The translations under genes and the position numbers were made by a program. A stretch of 64,000 nt of DNA. It comes from Octopus sinensis (taxonomy: Eukaryota). The notes under the pieces were generated by a model. It worked only from the letters and a program-made list of their open reading frames with translations. It made no database searches and was not told the DNA's origin. The stretch spans positions 8,680,001 to 8,744,000 of the forward strand of contig NC_043010.1 in assembly GCF_006345805.1 (NCBI RefSeq), in the 5' to 3' direction. Shown one piece after another: positions 38,896 to 53,904 of this stretch (the first letter of the stretch is position 1; each line of letters starts with the position of its first letter).

Positions 38896-41317
38896 GCGAG
38901 GGCAGGAAGATCTGGTATCTGGAAAAATTCTTTGTTGGGGGAGAATTTTGAATGATAGCATAATTTAAGTTTCAAAATACTTTGTAATAGCAGGTTGAAA
39001 GCTATGTGAATTGAGAAGTCTCTTGTTTCACAGCTGCTTTCAGATTTGTTTTATATCTGTTTAACCTATCAAATCAGCAAAAATGCAATTTTCTAATCAA
39101 TTATTTCTTAAAATGCTTTAAAATATTTGCTGATAATTTTAATTAAATGATAAGTAATAATGATTATCAAATAAATGCTGTAATATTTTCTGAAAATATT
39201 AATTTTGGAAATATTTTGTTCTATAAATTTTTGTTTAGTTAAGAATTTCAAATTGGTTTTAAATGAAATTTTAATATAATTGGTGTGATGTCTTTATTAA
39301 TTTAGAGTGTTTACTTTTACCAAAATAATTTCATGTTTTTTTGAAAAAAATATTTATTATAAAAGAAAATAAATGAAATTATATACAATATTTACAGACC
39401 CACACCTCCAAAATACACAGAGATAAACAAAAACAAAAGAAAAATGAATCACCAATACAAAAAAAGCATGGGAAACATTGCAAGGATAATAAATACAATT
39501 AAAAATGAAAAATGATAAAAAATAAAATTGAAAATGAAAAATGATAAAAAATAAAATTGAAAATGAAAAAAAAAACCAGTATGTGGAATATAAAAATTAA
39601 AATATACACAAAAATGCAATAATTAAATAACACATAATTCCCATAGATAAATATGATTAAATCTACATAATTATCTGAGTGAAATGTTCACAACATATCG
39701 ATGAATGTACCAGGATGACTAGTAAATAGTGTACTAGTTAAGGATATTAATGAAGGAAGAGGAACCTTTTGCTAAAATATGAAGGATTGAGAATATATTT
39801 TCATTGGAGATACTAAAACAATCAAATACAAAGGTAGATGCTGATAAAGCAGGAAAGATGTTTGCTTAGGTGAATATTCTTAATGTATAAAAGTGAATGA
39901 ATATATACATATCAGATAAAACAGAATTCAAGGTGACTGGTGGTAGCCTGTGATGCCAAGTTTGTGATATCATTTGGAAAAAGTTCCAGAAAGTGTCCAG
40001 TGCAATTGCCACAGTGAGTGAAGTATTGACTATTTCATATTTCAGATAGAAACCTTCTTCAGGATAACAACAACAAGATTGGTATAAAGAAGAGATAGCA
40101 AAGTTTTATATCCTATAAATCTGGGTAACTGGCTGCAACTGATGGGGAACAACATGAATATGCATGTATATATGCTCCAAATTGCAGACCACAGATTTGT
40201 ATCAAGTTAGATGAAATTTTGGATAGGATGCATCTTTTGAGAAACAGAGAAAATAGAACTATGTGACATTTTGGAAATTTTCTACAATTCCAAGAAGGCC
40301 AGTTTCTGTTGTTAGTTATCTATGGAACAGACTTACATAATATTTAGTAGATGTGTCAGTGTCCTAGGAGATAAACTATGCCTTGTTTAGAAATAAAGTT
40401 TCCACGCTCAAACCATGTCCTACAATATATATAAACATCCAGGCATAGGAAACCTGATGACAATTGATGTTCTAGCTATTGAAGTGTAGTGTATATACAA
40501 ATATTAAAACATTGTTTTATCTCTGCTGATGAATATCATGGTCTGGAAGCTTATAATTGAATAGTATTCTAATGCTCAATGTTGAATTAACTACGAAAGT
40601 GAATATGAACATGAAATAGAACATGTTTACTAGGTTGACAAATACAGAGAAAATACTCAATGCTTTTGGTCACCCAAAACCTAGAGTGGTAACAAAACAA
40701 TAATCTAATGCAGAAAATACAAAGTTTCAAAATGTTTTATCTACATTGAGTGACAAGTTTCTATACAATTAAAAATCAAGTGCAAATATTTTTACATATC
40801 TTTGCTCTCAGTTCAAACCCCAACTTTGTCTTTCATTGTTTCAGGGTTGATTAAAAAAAGTAACAATCAACAGCAATGGATCAACAGAACTGTTAGGAAG
40901 TTGGACTAGAGGCCCTGTGGTATTTGTTCTGGCTCATTGCATTCTGAGTTCAAATTCCACCATCACCTAAATGGGTGGCAGTCTTAACCCGACACTCAGT
41001 TTCATACTACTACCTGGAAACTTGGATGTGTTTTACAGAGCCCACTCAGTTGCAGGTATTCAGGCCAAGTCTCCAGTTTAAGCAAACCTTCCTTCTCCCT
41101 TCTTACCACCTTCTCCCCCCCCCCCACTAGTCCATAAATGGTCAAGGGCACTGCTTTCCTTGAAAAAAAGGAAAAGAAAATTATTATGTACTGCTAATTT
41201 TTTAAACTAATTCATGACCCTTTAATGACATGGTTTATAGGAGTGCTATAATCATTTAAGTTGACTGAAGTATATTACTGGTAATTAGGAATATTTTGTT
41301 AATCAATTTTCAGTTAA

Positions 41318-41537
41318 CCCTTTTGTTACTAACCCGGCCAAAACCGGCTCTGGCTCTGTGGTAAAATGTCTTGTTTTCATAAGTATTGAATTAAAATATT
41401 CCACTAAACCTTAGTCACAATTTACGTTCCTAACACTAGCTTAATGATAACTAAGTTACTTTACTAAATTCTTTGTTATATTTAAAATAATTGAAAGAAA
41501 CACAGAGCATCTCAAAATAAATACAGTAACAAAAGGG
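41318..41537. mobile_element. Intact piggyBac-type MITE (family 1), 220 bp
   Basis: Perfect 13-bp TIR CCCTTTTGTTACT / AGTAACAAAAGGG flanked by TTAA at 41314-41317 and 41538-41541. Confidence 0.9.
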
Positions 41538-41762
41538 TTAATATTTTACCCTTTGTCATTCTATTGCTTTCAGCCATTGGACTTCATCTTTGCTGGGGAA
41601 AAACTTTCAATGATTTTAATCAATCTCATTACCCCTACTGCTTATTTAAAGTTTGGAATTTCATTTATTAATTTCTGTTTGCCGAATCCCTAGGTTGCAC
41701 TTAGAGTATAAAGAGTACAACACTGATTTACACTGGTAAATATATAGACAGATATACACAGA

Positions 41763-42191
41763 TACTCTTACTCTTTTACTCTTTTACTCTTTTACTTGTT
41801 TCAGTCATTTGACTGTGGCCATGCTGGAGCACCACCTTTTAGTCGAGCAAATCGACCCCGGGACTTATTCTTTTGTAAGCCCAATACTTATTCTATCGGT
41901 CTCTTTTGCTGAACCGCTAAGTGACGGGGATGTAAACACACCGGCATCGGTTGTCAAGCAATGTTGGGGGGGACAAACACAGACACACAAACACACACAC
42001 ACACACACATATATATATACATATATACGACAGGCTTCTTTCAGTTTCCGTCTACCAAATCCACTCACAAAGCATTGGTCGGCCCGGGGCTATAGCAGAA
42101 GACACTTGCCCAAGATGCCACGCAGTGGGACTGAACCCGGAACCATGTGGTTGGTTAGCAAGCTACTTACCACACAGCCACTCCTGCGCCT
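41763..42191 (-). mobile_element. OK-like SINE
   Basis: Full-length reverse-complement copy. Confidence 0.9.
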
Positions 42192-42579
42192 ACATGTACA
42201 TAGACACTTACACATCCTCATCAGAAAAATTCATTGAAGGGTCTCATCTATTAGTATTGTGCTCGTAAGAACTTGAGCAGCATCTAGTATTAGTTGATTA
42301 AAGTAGTCAATAAACAGATAAATTGTATATATATCACCGAATTTGTGTAAATATTGGAATATTAAATGTTCAGTGAAGAGAGGATGAAGAAGGGGGATTT
42401 CAAATAGAAAGTTTTAACCAATTTACAATAAATTGAACAAGTAATATATAAATGGACAATTTTAAGAAATTAAAAAAATATATAGCAACATTAGATTTGA
42501 TGAAAATAATAATGATGATGATGGGGTGGTGGAGGTGGTATATGAATGATGGAGGTAGTAATGGGAGTGTGACTGATGA

Positions 42580-42612
<33 letters not shown>

Positions 42613-44239
42613 CAAAGGTGTTGATGACAATGCTGGTCTGGATAGTCAATGAATGATTGATGGTCATTATAATGATGACATTTTTTCATCCTCATCATCA
42701 TCAGCCAAAGCCCCACCACCACCACCACCACCACCACCACCACCAACCTCCTTTCCCTCCCCTTCCTCCTCTTCCTTCCTTCCACTGCCCTGCCATTATC
42801 ATCATCATCATCATCATCATCATCATGTAAAAAGGTTTCGGAAGCTGAATGTATTTCAATAAACTAACAAGAAACATAACAAATATTACAGAATGAATTC
42901 TGCTTTATATTTTTATTTTTTATTTCATTTTCAGAAAGTGGTTCAATGGCCTGTAAAGCAGAGTTCATATATCATATATCATATATCTGTGTGTCAAATT
43001 TCTTCTGGGTTCAATGCTTGTTAATATTCTCTTTAACATTTATTCCTCATGAATTAATAGAATAAACAGTTGTTGTTGTTGAGTCCCAAATCAGCCATCA
43101 TTGAGTAAATCTATGGCCAAAGGCTTTTCTACATCCACCTCACCATTTCATCTTCTTGTATAACTTTCTTTTTACGCTCCCTTCTTGAGCCCTAAGACTT
43201 ACAAAACTGGATACTGGATTCCATTCCATGGTAGGTAAGTGATTGAGATCATAACATACCCCGCTCAGAAAAGGATGCAGGGATCAAAACCAGCAATTTT
43301 GAAGGGTCAAATTACATAGGCCTCAGTACTTGACTGATACTTATTTTATTGACTCCCCTCCACCCCAAAGGGGTGACAGGTAAGGTTTACCTCAACTGGA
43401 CTTATATTCAGAATGCAAAGTGCCAGATGAAAGCCTCTAAGCCTTTTCTTCCATGTATTTACTATTCTGTCAGGTCACCACCTTTTTGTATATCTATGAT
43501 TACATTATCCAGTGTGTCCTTTCTTTTTAGATGATTGTACAATATGATTTGAAGATCTAACTGCTCTATGGCGTCATAAAATGAGCCATGGATATTAACC
43601 AAAATCATTTCAGTATATTTTCCCCCAGCTCATCATTCCTCACCCCCAAGATTCATTTTATCACTCCCATAAACATCATTCCCCATGTACCAGAGTGAAG
43701 GAATCATTTACTTCCCTACACTCTTAGCGTATACATTGGATTACACTGTAACACTTAGGAAAAAGTAGTGTAAATTTTCAATTTAACTTATCAAAGATCA
43801 GCAAAACCCTCATCATCCCCACCACCATAATCAAGACCATCATTATCATTTTTGCCCCCAACACCAGAAGAGAAAAAAAAACATGATATGATCTTAATGA
43901 AAGAAATGAAACAATATCTCTTGCCTTAATATTACTTTTATTATATATGTTAATCAATAATTTGAGAACAAAAAAGCATAATCTCTTATGATAATGTCTT
44001 TATAATAAGAAGCAAAAACAAATCATGGAGATCAAAACTTTGACAGATATCTCACGGCAGTTTCTGAATACTGAGCAAAACTTAGAGGGACTTTCAGGAT
44101 ATATAAGATATGAAAAGTTAGGGTAACAATAAGGACTATAAAAGTACTATGTTAAACAAGGACATAACTACAATATTTAAAAAAAAATATATCTATATAT
44201 ATACACACACACACACACATTCACACACACATATATTTA

Positions 44240-44416
44240 TGTTTTACTTGTTTCAGTGTTTAGACTGTGGCTATGCTGGGGCACTGCCTTGAGGAATTTT
44301 TACTCAATTGAATCAATCCCAGTACATTTCTTTTTCAGCGTGGTACTTAGTCTATTGGTCGCTTTTGCCAAACTCCCTAAGTGATGGAGATGTAAACACA
44401 ACAATGACACATGCAT

Positions 44417-44469
<53 letters not shown>

Positions 44470-44615
44470 CATGACAGGCTTCTTCTAGTTTCTGCCTACC
44501 AAATCCACTAACAGGGCTTTGGTCAGCCTGAAGGTATACTAGAAGACATGGTGTGGGACTGAAACCAAGACCATGTGGTAGGGAAGCTATCTCCTTGTCA
44601 CGCAGTCACACCTCT
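44240..44615 (-). mobile_element. Old OK-like SINE
   Basis: Diverged but colinear with the young copies. Confidence 0.7.
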
Positions 44616-45036
44616 ATGTGTCTGTGTATATATGTATATGTATATATTTGAAAAAAGATTTTCTTTGAAGTCATTAATTATTAAAAAAAATTTTTTTAGC
44701 AGAATAGAATGACATGAACAGATAAAAGAAGCTCATCTAGAAATGACATATGCTGTCCAGGGATTTGAACTCAGAATGAAATCAGTTCAAACAGAATAAT
44801 GTATTTTATCTCTTCACCATCTGAACCATACTCACTGTCCTTATCAGCACTGCTTTAGCAGCCAAAAAGTCTTTAAAATTCTATGTTATTGATGCTTGTA
44901 GCTAAGCTAGTGTCACAACAATATAAGTATGTGTAGGTGTGTACATCTATGTCTGTATAGGTACGATTTCTTATGTATATATATATGTATACATATATAT
45001 ACAGCTCGTGAGCTGAAACTAGATAAAATAAATAAA

Positions 45037-45070
<34 letters not shown>

Positions 45071-45978
45071 TATATATATATATATACATACATATATATT
45101 ATATACATATATATATATATACATATAATATATATACATATATATATACATATACATATATGCACACACACATATATATACATACATCTATTTGATTGTG
45201 TATTTACATTGTGTGTGTGTGTGTGCATGCATTTGTATGTATGTATATGTGTATGTAAATATATATATATGTATGTATGTATGCATCTATCTATTTATAT
45301 ATATATATTTATGTATGTATGTATGTATGTATGTATGTGTATATATATATATATATATATGTATATGTATATGCATATACATATGTATACACACACACAC
45401 ATACACACACATATATGTATATATATGCACCAAATGTCAAGTTCTAAAAAGTAAAAAAGTAAAAATTATGAAGCAACACCAAATGGCAGTGCCCCAACAT
45501 GGGCATAGCTTATGAGGTGAAACTAAATAAATTCAATTTCATTGTGAGTGCGTGTATATATAAATATATATATGTACATACATTAACACATACATATATG
45601 TGTATGTGTGCATGTATGTTCATTATGCACACACAAACATACACACACACATATATACATCGTGGCTGGGGCACATGCAAGCACTTGTAACTGTGTATGT
45701 GTGTATGCATGTTGATAGATGTATGCAACTATTATAATTGTCTATGAATATCATACAAAATTTGGATAAATATATATATATATGTGTGTATATATATAAC
45801 ATATGTAATATGCAGGTATGTGTCTCCATGAATAAATACATACATACATACATACATAGATACATACATACATACATACATTCATACATACTTACATGCA
45901 TATATATATATACATACATAAGTTTGTTGGTACAAACAGAGGAAATAGAACTCAATACTCCAAACAGAGAATATGAGG

Positions 45979-46029
<51 letters not shown>

Positions 46030-46077
<48 letters not shown>

Positions 46078-46239
46078 GTATGTGTGTATTTTTCTGTTGA
46101 AGAGCGTAGGCTCGAAATGTTAAAGACTTGTTTTATTTATATTTCCTGAGCGCCATACTAATACAATTGTTCGTTTGTTTTCCACCTGCCTTCGTCTTTT
46201 GTCTATTTTCATAAAGCTTCCCGTTATATATATATATAT

Positions 46240-46337
<98 letters not shown>

Positions 46338-46485
46338 ATATTATCACTTGATAAGTTTGATAAGTGCCATGCAAGAAACTCTTAGCTGTTGAGCCACTTG
46401 GCTACCTTTAGAGCTATTATTTTTATAGGTACATATAAATACACACACACACACATATATATATGTATATATAATATATATATAC

Positions 46486-46545
<60 letters not shown>

Positions 46546-46699
46546 ATTTTTCTGTTGAAGAGCGTAGGCTCGAAATGTTAAAGACTTGTTTTATTTATAT
46601 TTCCTGAGCGCCATACTAATACAATTGTTCGTTTGTTTTCCACCTGCCTTCGTCTTTTGTCTATTTTCATAAAGCTTCCCGTTATATATATATATATAT

Positions 46700-46762
<63 letters not shown>

Positions 46763-46930
46763 TACATATACATATACATACATATATATATATATTATCA
46801 CTTGATAAGTTTGATAAGTGCCATGCAAGAAACTCTTAGCTGTTGAGCCACTTGGCTACCTTTAGAGCTATTATTTTTATAGGTACATATAAATACACAC
46901 ACACACACACATATATATATGTATATATAT
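46030..46930. repeat. Tandem duplication, 2 x about 458 bp, containing a Penelope-like fragment
   Basis: ctgttgaagagcgtaggctcgaaatg at 46094 and 46552; units identical outside microsatellites. Confidence 0.95.
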
Positions 46931-46950
46931 ATATATATATACATTTGTAG

Positions 46951-47029
<79 letters not shown>

Positions 47030-47504
47030 CATATAAATAGAAGCATGCAAGCCAGTCTGCATGGATGCATGAGAAAGTTATGTAGTTTAGAAATTAGCAA
47101 ACTTTGGTAACATGAAGGAAAAAAGATTAACAGGAATTATAATATGATGTAAATAATAAAATGTAAAAAAAAAAAAAATAAAAGAAACGTGTTTCTAGAA
47201 TGGGCATGAGTTCATAAATTTGGTAAGAAGTGGATTAGCATAACTCTAGTATATGACTAATACTTAGTATGACAGACAACATCAAGAAATGATACGTTTC
47301 GCCGAGGAGAGAAAACATTCTGAATTAACTTATTGTGAAACAAGATTTGATATTTAAAAAAAAAGGAATTTTTATTGATGAGAAAAAGTTTTTTTTTACT
47401 TGTGAAAATAATTTACTCAGCAGTGAGACTCAAAGTCATACTTTTGTATGTGTGCATACATATATATATATATTATATATGAGTTTGTGTTTGTGTGTAT
47501 GTAT

Positions 47505-47552
<48 letters not shown>

Positions 47553-47633
47553 CTTTGTGTATATATATACACACATATACACACATACATATATATATAT
47601 ATTATATATATATATATATATAGATAGATAGAT

Positions 47634-47670
<37 letters not shown>

Positions 47671-47843
47671 CAGAAAAATAGATAGATAAATAGAAAGATA
47701 GTCAACACATATGCACAAGTTTATACTTATATTGTCCATGAATAAATATCTATATCAATAGCTACCTACCTACATATATATATATATATATATCTATATA
47801 TATATATATATATATATATAGATAGATAGATGATAGATAGATG

Positions 47844-47895
<52 letters not shown>

Positions 47896-47954
47896 TAGAT
47901 ATAGATATATACATATAGATAAGTATATCTATCTACCTACCTATATGTATATGC

Positions 47955-48017
<63 letters not shown>

Positions 48018-48548
48018 CACATACTCCCCTATACACACAGTTATATTCACATGAATGAATATCCATACACATATACCGGCAGCATAGTTTGTTTACAGAA
48101 TATCAATGCTTTCAGAGTTTGTTTTTACACTTTTTCACATTAATTCCACTTATTTTTGACTTTTTAATGTTGACAAAATAGTTGTCACAAGAAAAATAAT
48201 TGAACACACCTTGAGGGTGAAAGGAGTTTCTGACTTGGTCTCAAGAAAAGACAGTTCATCATGTTGTATTCATCTCAACAGTTGATAACAGGTAATAATG
48301 TTGAGAAATTAGATAAGATGCACTGTGTGGAACTTATGCCCGCTTCACAAAATAAAGCGATACATTTCTCATATATACATTTATAACACTACCTGTGTGG
48401 GTAGGTATATAAAAATATATATATTTGTGTGTGTGTGTGTGTGTATACATTTATATATTCATATGTGTGTACATGTGCATGTGTGTGCATATAGGCATGT
48501 ACATACATTCACACATGTGTGTATATATGTGTGTGTATATATAATAAT

Positions 48549-48607
<59 letters not shown>

Positions 48608-49016
48608 ATATTGTATATATATATATACATAAACACACACACAACACACACACACACACATATATATGTATATATATGTATATATATATAGCCACACACA
48701 TATATACATATGCATACATACATGCATACATGCATGCATACATACATACATACATACATATATACATATATACGTACATACATAAATAAGCACTTTACAG
48801 AGTAAAAGTTAGCAGAAGATCTTTGAAAACAAAATCTTGCTTCCCATCCAGCAACTATCAATAGCTTAGAAATAAATATAATAAAATAAAGTAGCCTGTA
48901 AAATATTAAAAGAAAAAATACTAAAAAAGAAAAATTACAATTTTTGTTTTTGTCTTCCAAACACCTCCAATTTAATAAAGTCTTAATAGTAAAAGTATTC
49001 AAACCTATTTACTCAC

Positions 49017-49160
49017 CCAAGTCTTGATAAAATTCCCTTCAATGTGTTTTTAAAAGAATGATGTGCATACTGCTGTAGAGTTGTATTGTTACTGCTGCTG
49101 CTGTTATGTGCTGGCCGTGTTATACTACGGCTTGGTCTGTGGTTGAATGGATGTGGGTGA
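49017..49160 (-). promoter_or_regulatory. Candidate promoter / non-coding first exon upstream of the protocadherin
   Basis: Unique, CpG-containing segment downstream of a minus-strand (CT)n tract. Has an Inr-like CCATTC near 49145-49150 and ends in a consensus donor TTGG|GTGAGT (GT at 49016-49015). TSS position is a guess. Confidence 0.3.
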
Positions 49161-49886
49161 TAGGAGCCAGAAGACAGAAAGTGTGAGAGAAAGAGAGAGT
49201 GATGCACAGAAGAAATGAAGAGAGAGAGAGAAAGAGAGAGAGAGGGGGAGGGATGCAGTTCAAGGAAGGAAGCGGGAGAAAGATAACTCAGGAAATAGAT
49301 ACAGAGAGAGAGAGAGAGAGAGAGGGAGAGAAAGAAAGGAGAGTAATAACAAATAAGAAACAAAGAGACATAAACTGAACGTACTCTCTTTCTTACCTTC
49401 TTTCCTTCGATCTTTCTCGCTTTCTTTCTTCCTTCCTTTCTTTCTCTCCCTCTTTCTTTCTTTCTTTCTTTCTTGTTCCCTCTCTCTTCCCCTTCTCTTT
49501 CTCTTTTTCTCTCTTCCTCTCCCCTCTCTCTATCAGTTTATTTTGCCACTTAAAGTAATGATCTGCGAATGTATATACATACTTGTACGCATACATACAC
49601 ATATCTACACACACGTGTATATAGATAAAGATATATAGACAGAAAAATAGATAGATACATAGCTATATAGATAGATAGACAAATATACCTGTAAATATAT
49701 ATACAAAAATGTATATATATATATATATATATATTATATACATATATGCATATATATACATACATATATATGTATATATATATATATATATATATGTATA
49801 TGTATATATGTATATATATATATATGCATATATGTATATACATATATATATATATATATATATAATATATATATATATATTATATA

Positions 49887-50010
<124 letters not shown>

Positions 50011-51020
50011 ATATATATACATATGTACATACATATATATGTGCATATATGCATATATGTATGTATGTGTGTATGTGTCAGTGTGAGTGTGTATTTGTGT
50101 GTATGAATGTAGCTGGCTTTAACCAATGACAGGCAGGTGAGGGATCACATGGGAGGGAGTAAACAGACACAAAGATGAAATAAATAAACTAAATAAATAA
50201 ATAAATATCTAATAAATAAATTTTAAAATTATCGACGATAACGTCCTGTTCCTAGAGACAGTGATAAGGATGATGATGATGAGGAGGAGGAGGAGGAGGG
50301 GGAGGAGGGGAGTTGAAGAGCAGGTGTAGAAGGAGCGGGAAAAACTGATGATGATATTAAAAAGAATCAGAAACTACCCACAACTTATCTAATAATTGAT
50401 CATGATTACTGAGTCTAATAGTTATATAAAGGTCTACAAGCCACTGATGGAGCCCTAACATTTTCACTTGACTTGCTAGAAGTAGCAGTAAAATTTCTCT
50501 CCGGTTATATTCTTCCATTATGGATGAGTAAAACTTGGATTATAAAGGGGCTACATTATGACATATTGTATCACAGATTACATTAAGCAAATGTAACCTT
50601 TGATAAAATTTGCTATAATATAAGGTAAGATGGTCATGGTTAGAATGTCTTTTGATCATAGATCAGTGTGCATGATTTGAGCTGACTTTGGGAAAAAACA
50701 ATCTCAAAAGCAACATTATAATTTACACAAAACACGTTGGTACACATTCTTTTACACATGTATACACATATTTTTTCTCATACATATATATACATACAAA
50801 CATACTCACACACACACACACACATGCACACACACATGTATATATGTATATACGTATATATATATGTACATATACGTGTGTGTGCGTTTGTGTACATATA
50901 TATACATATTTGTATGTATATATGTCTATATATATATATATGTGTGTTTGTGTGTGTGTATATGTGTGTGTTCATATATGTATATAGTCATATATATAAA
51001 TATATATGTATGTATGTATG

Positions 51021-51052
<32 letters not shown>

Positions 51053-51917
51053 TGTATGTATGTATGTATGTATGTGTGTATGTGTGTATGTATGTATGTA
51101 TGTATGTATGTATGGTTTTATGTATGTATATATGTATGTATGTATGTATGCATGTATGTATATATGTATGTATGTATGTATGTATGTGTGTATTCAGAGA
51201 AAGAAAGGCAATATTTTTGATCCTTAAATTATTCAGGCCTCTGAAAGTGGTGTGAAGTAAAAATTCACCTCCAAGTGGAGACCTAATCTCAATGCTTGCA
51301 ATATAGCAAAACTCCACAAAATTCAAATATTCCACCCAAGAATTCATAGACATAGAGCTGGAACATATCCCAGAATGTGTCTCGTCCAACACTCTAACCA
51401 TTCTGTTAACTCACCTCCCGGGGCTGATAGTTGTTTATGAACCCCCAAAAGATGTAAGGCGAAGACCGACCTCTGCAGGATTTGATCTCAGTGTACAGTG
51501 AACGAAAACGAATGGCACATGGTATTTTCTTCTGCACTCTAATGAATATGTAGATAGACACACACACACACACACACACATGCACACACTTAGAAAGAAA
51601 GAGAGAGAGAAGGAGTGGGACAAAAATAGCAAGAAACAGAGGTGTGAAAGAGTGACAGATACACGTTCATGTAAGCATACACACAAAGAAAAACAAAGCT
51701 GTATAATTATCAATATCTTTTCTTTTAGCTATGAATATGATAACTAACATAAAAGGATATAACTTGTATCACAATATTGGAGAATGAACTGCATATGAAT
51801 AACTGTACGTGCAGTTTATATCATTGCCTGAGAATGCATTTATGTATTTTGATATAATATATGTATATCTATATATATATGTATACACATATACATATGT
51901 TTATATACATATGTATA

Positions 51918-51959
<42 letters not shown>

Positions 51960-51988
51960 TATGTATATATATATATATATATATATGC

Positions 51989-52046
<58 letters not shown>

Positions 52047-52047
<1 letters not shown>

Positions 52048-52449
52048 GGTGCAGGAGTGGCTGTGTGGTAAGTAGCTTGCCTAACCAACCACATGGTTCC
52101 GGTTTCAGTCCCACTGCGTGGCATCTTGGGCAAGTGTCTTCTGCTATAGCCCCGGGCTGACCAATGCCTTGTGAGTGGATTTGGTAGATGGAAACTGAAA
52201 GAAGCCCGTCGTACATATGTATATATATATATATATGTATGTGTGTGTTTGTCCCCCTAGCATTGCCTGACAACCGATGCTGGTGTGTTAACGTCCCCGT
52301 CACTTAGCGGTTCGGCAAAAGAGACCGATAGATTAAGTACTGGGCTTACAAAGAATAAGTCCTGGGGTCGATTTGCTCGACTAAAGGCGGTGCTCCAGCA
52401 TGGCCGCAGTCAAATGACTGAAACAAGTAAAAGAGAGTAAAAGAGAGTA
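52047..52449 (+). mobile_element. OK-like SINE inside a (TA)n field
   Basis: Full length, AGGTGCAGGAGTGGCTG..GTAAAAGAGAGTAA. Confidence 0.9.
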
Positions 52450-52450
52450 A

Positions 52451-52515
<65 letters not shown>

Positions 52516-52576
52516 GTATATATATATATATATGTATATATATGTATATATATATATATATAATATATATATATGA

Positions 52577-52635
<59 letters not shown>

Positions 52636-52650
52636 TACACATATGTAAAC

Positions 52651-52863
52651 TTCATTTAAGCTGGTTCACTAGTCTCTTCCACTGATGATTTCATGGTATT
52701 CCACTGCTTCATCAAGCAAACAAGACTGGACAAAAAGACACATCATATCACCCCGATGGTTTATGGTGTAACATGTCTCTTCCTCCAATCTGACATGTCA
52801 GATGAAGCAGCAGTATGCTATGGAAATGTCAGACTAACAAACTACTGGATCAGCTTAAATGAA
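52651..52863. repeat. 213-bp diverged foldback palindrome
   Basis: 100-bp arms align without gaps, about 67/100 identical; outer 13 bp perfect (TTCATTTAAGCTG / CAGCTTAAATGAA); 13-nt loop. Confidence 0.85.
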
Positions 52864-53026
52864 CAATAACACTATGCTTGTATTGAGTACTTCATGGAGG
52901 GATTTTTACCTAAAAAATATACATTGTTATATATATATATATATAAATTATATATATATATAATATATATTATATATATATATATATACTATATATATAT
53001 ATATATACACACACACATATATATAT

Positions 53027-53258
53027 AAGGCGGCGAGCTGGCAGAAATGTTAGCATGCCAGGCGAAATTCGTACCCGTATTTCATCTGTCGTTACGTTCC
53101 GAGTTCAAATTCTACCGAGGTCGACTTTGCCTTTCATCCTTTCGGGGTCGATAAATTAAGTACCAGTTACGCACTGGGGTCAATGTAATTGACTTAATCC
53201 CTTTGTCTGTCCTTGTTTGTCCCCTCTGTGTTTAGCCCCTTGTGGGTAGTAAAGAAAT
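53027..53258 (+). mobile_element. SINE family C
   Basis: Full length, homologous to 1300-1532. Confidence 0.9.
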
Positions 53259-53294
53259 ATATATATATATATATACATACACATACACACACAC

Positions 53295-53325
<31 letters not shown>

Positions 53326-53871
53326 ATACACATACACACTCACATGCACACATATATGAATATATATAGATACATACACACATTATTGGGTTGAGTTATT
53401 TCCATTAGGCAAGTCAAAAATAAAGAGAGGGTGTGAAAATTTTAAAGAAATTGCAGTGGTATAAAGATATCAACGAGTGAATTGTTACATAGTTATGTCA
53501 TCTACCTGCTGGTATTGATATTATAAATAGCATAGACTATAAAAAGCAGGTGTGTCTTGTAATGTGTCAATACTGATATTAGAAACAGGTGTATGAGTGT
53601 TTCCTGGTAAACAGCTAATTATTGATCAGTTCAGTTATGTTATATTATAATACTCCAGTTTTTCAGTAAATATTTATTTAAATGGTGTTAACTGGTAAAT
53701 ATCTCTGATCTGACATTTATATGATCTGCAAAAATAATAAACTTGTTGTGTATGGGGCTCTTTTTAGATCAGTGTACTTTTCAACCATTTGTAATAGTTC
53801 TCTATGGTCTACATTTTGCAAGGAGCTTCCACTTGATGCTGTATGTATTAGCATTCTCTTACAGATACCAG

Positions 53872-53904
<33 letters not shown>

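Noticed and set aside
39600-40700. Possible ancient transposase or LINE remnant
   Set aside because: No motif could be identified by eye; a TBLASTX or Dfam search is needed.
49391-49400. Minus-strand donor AAG|GTAAGA
   Set aside because: It lies in a low-complexity purine tract where such matches are common.
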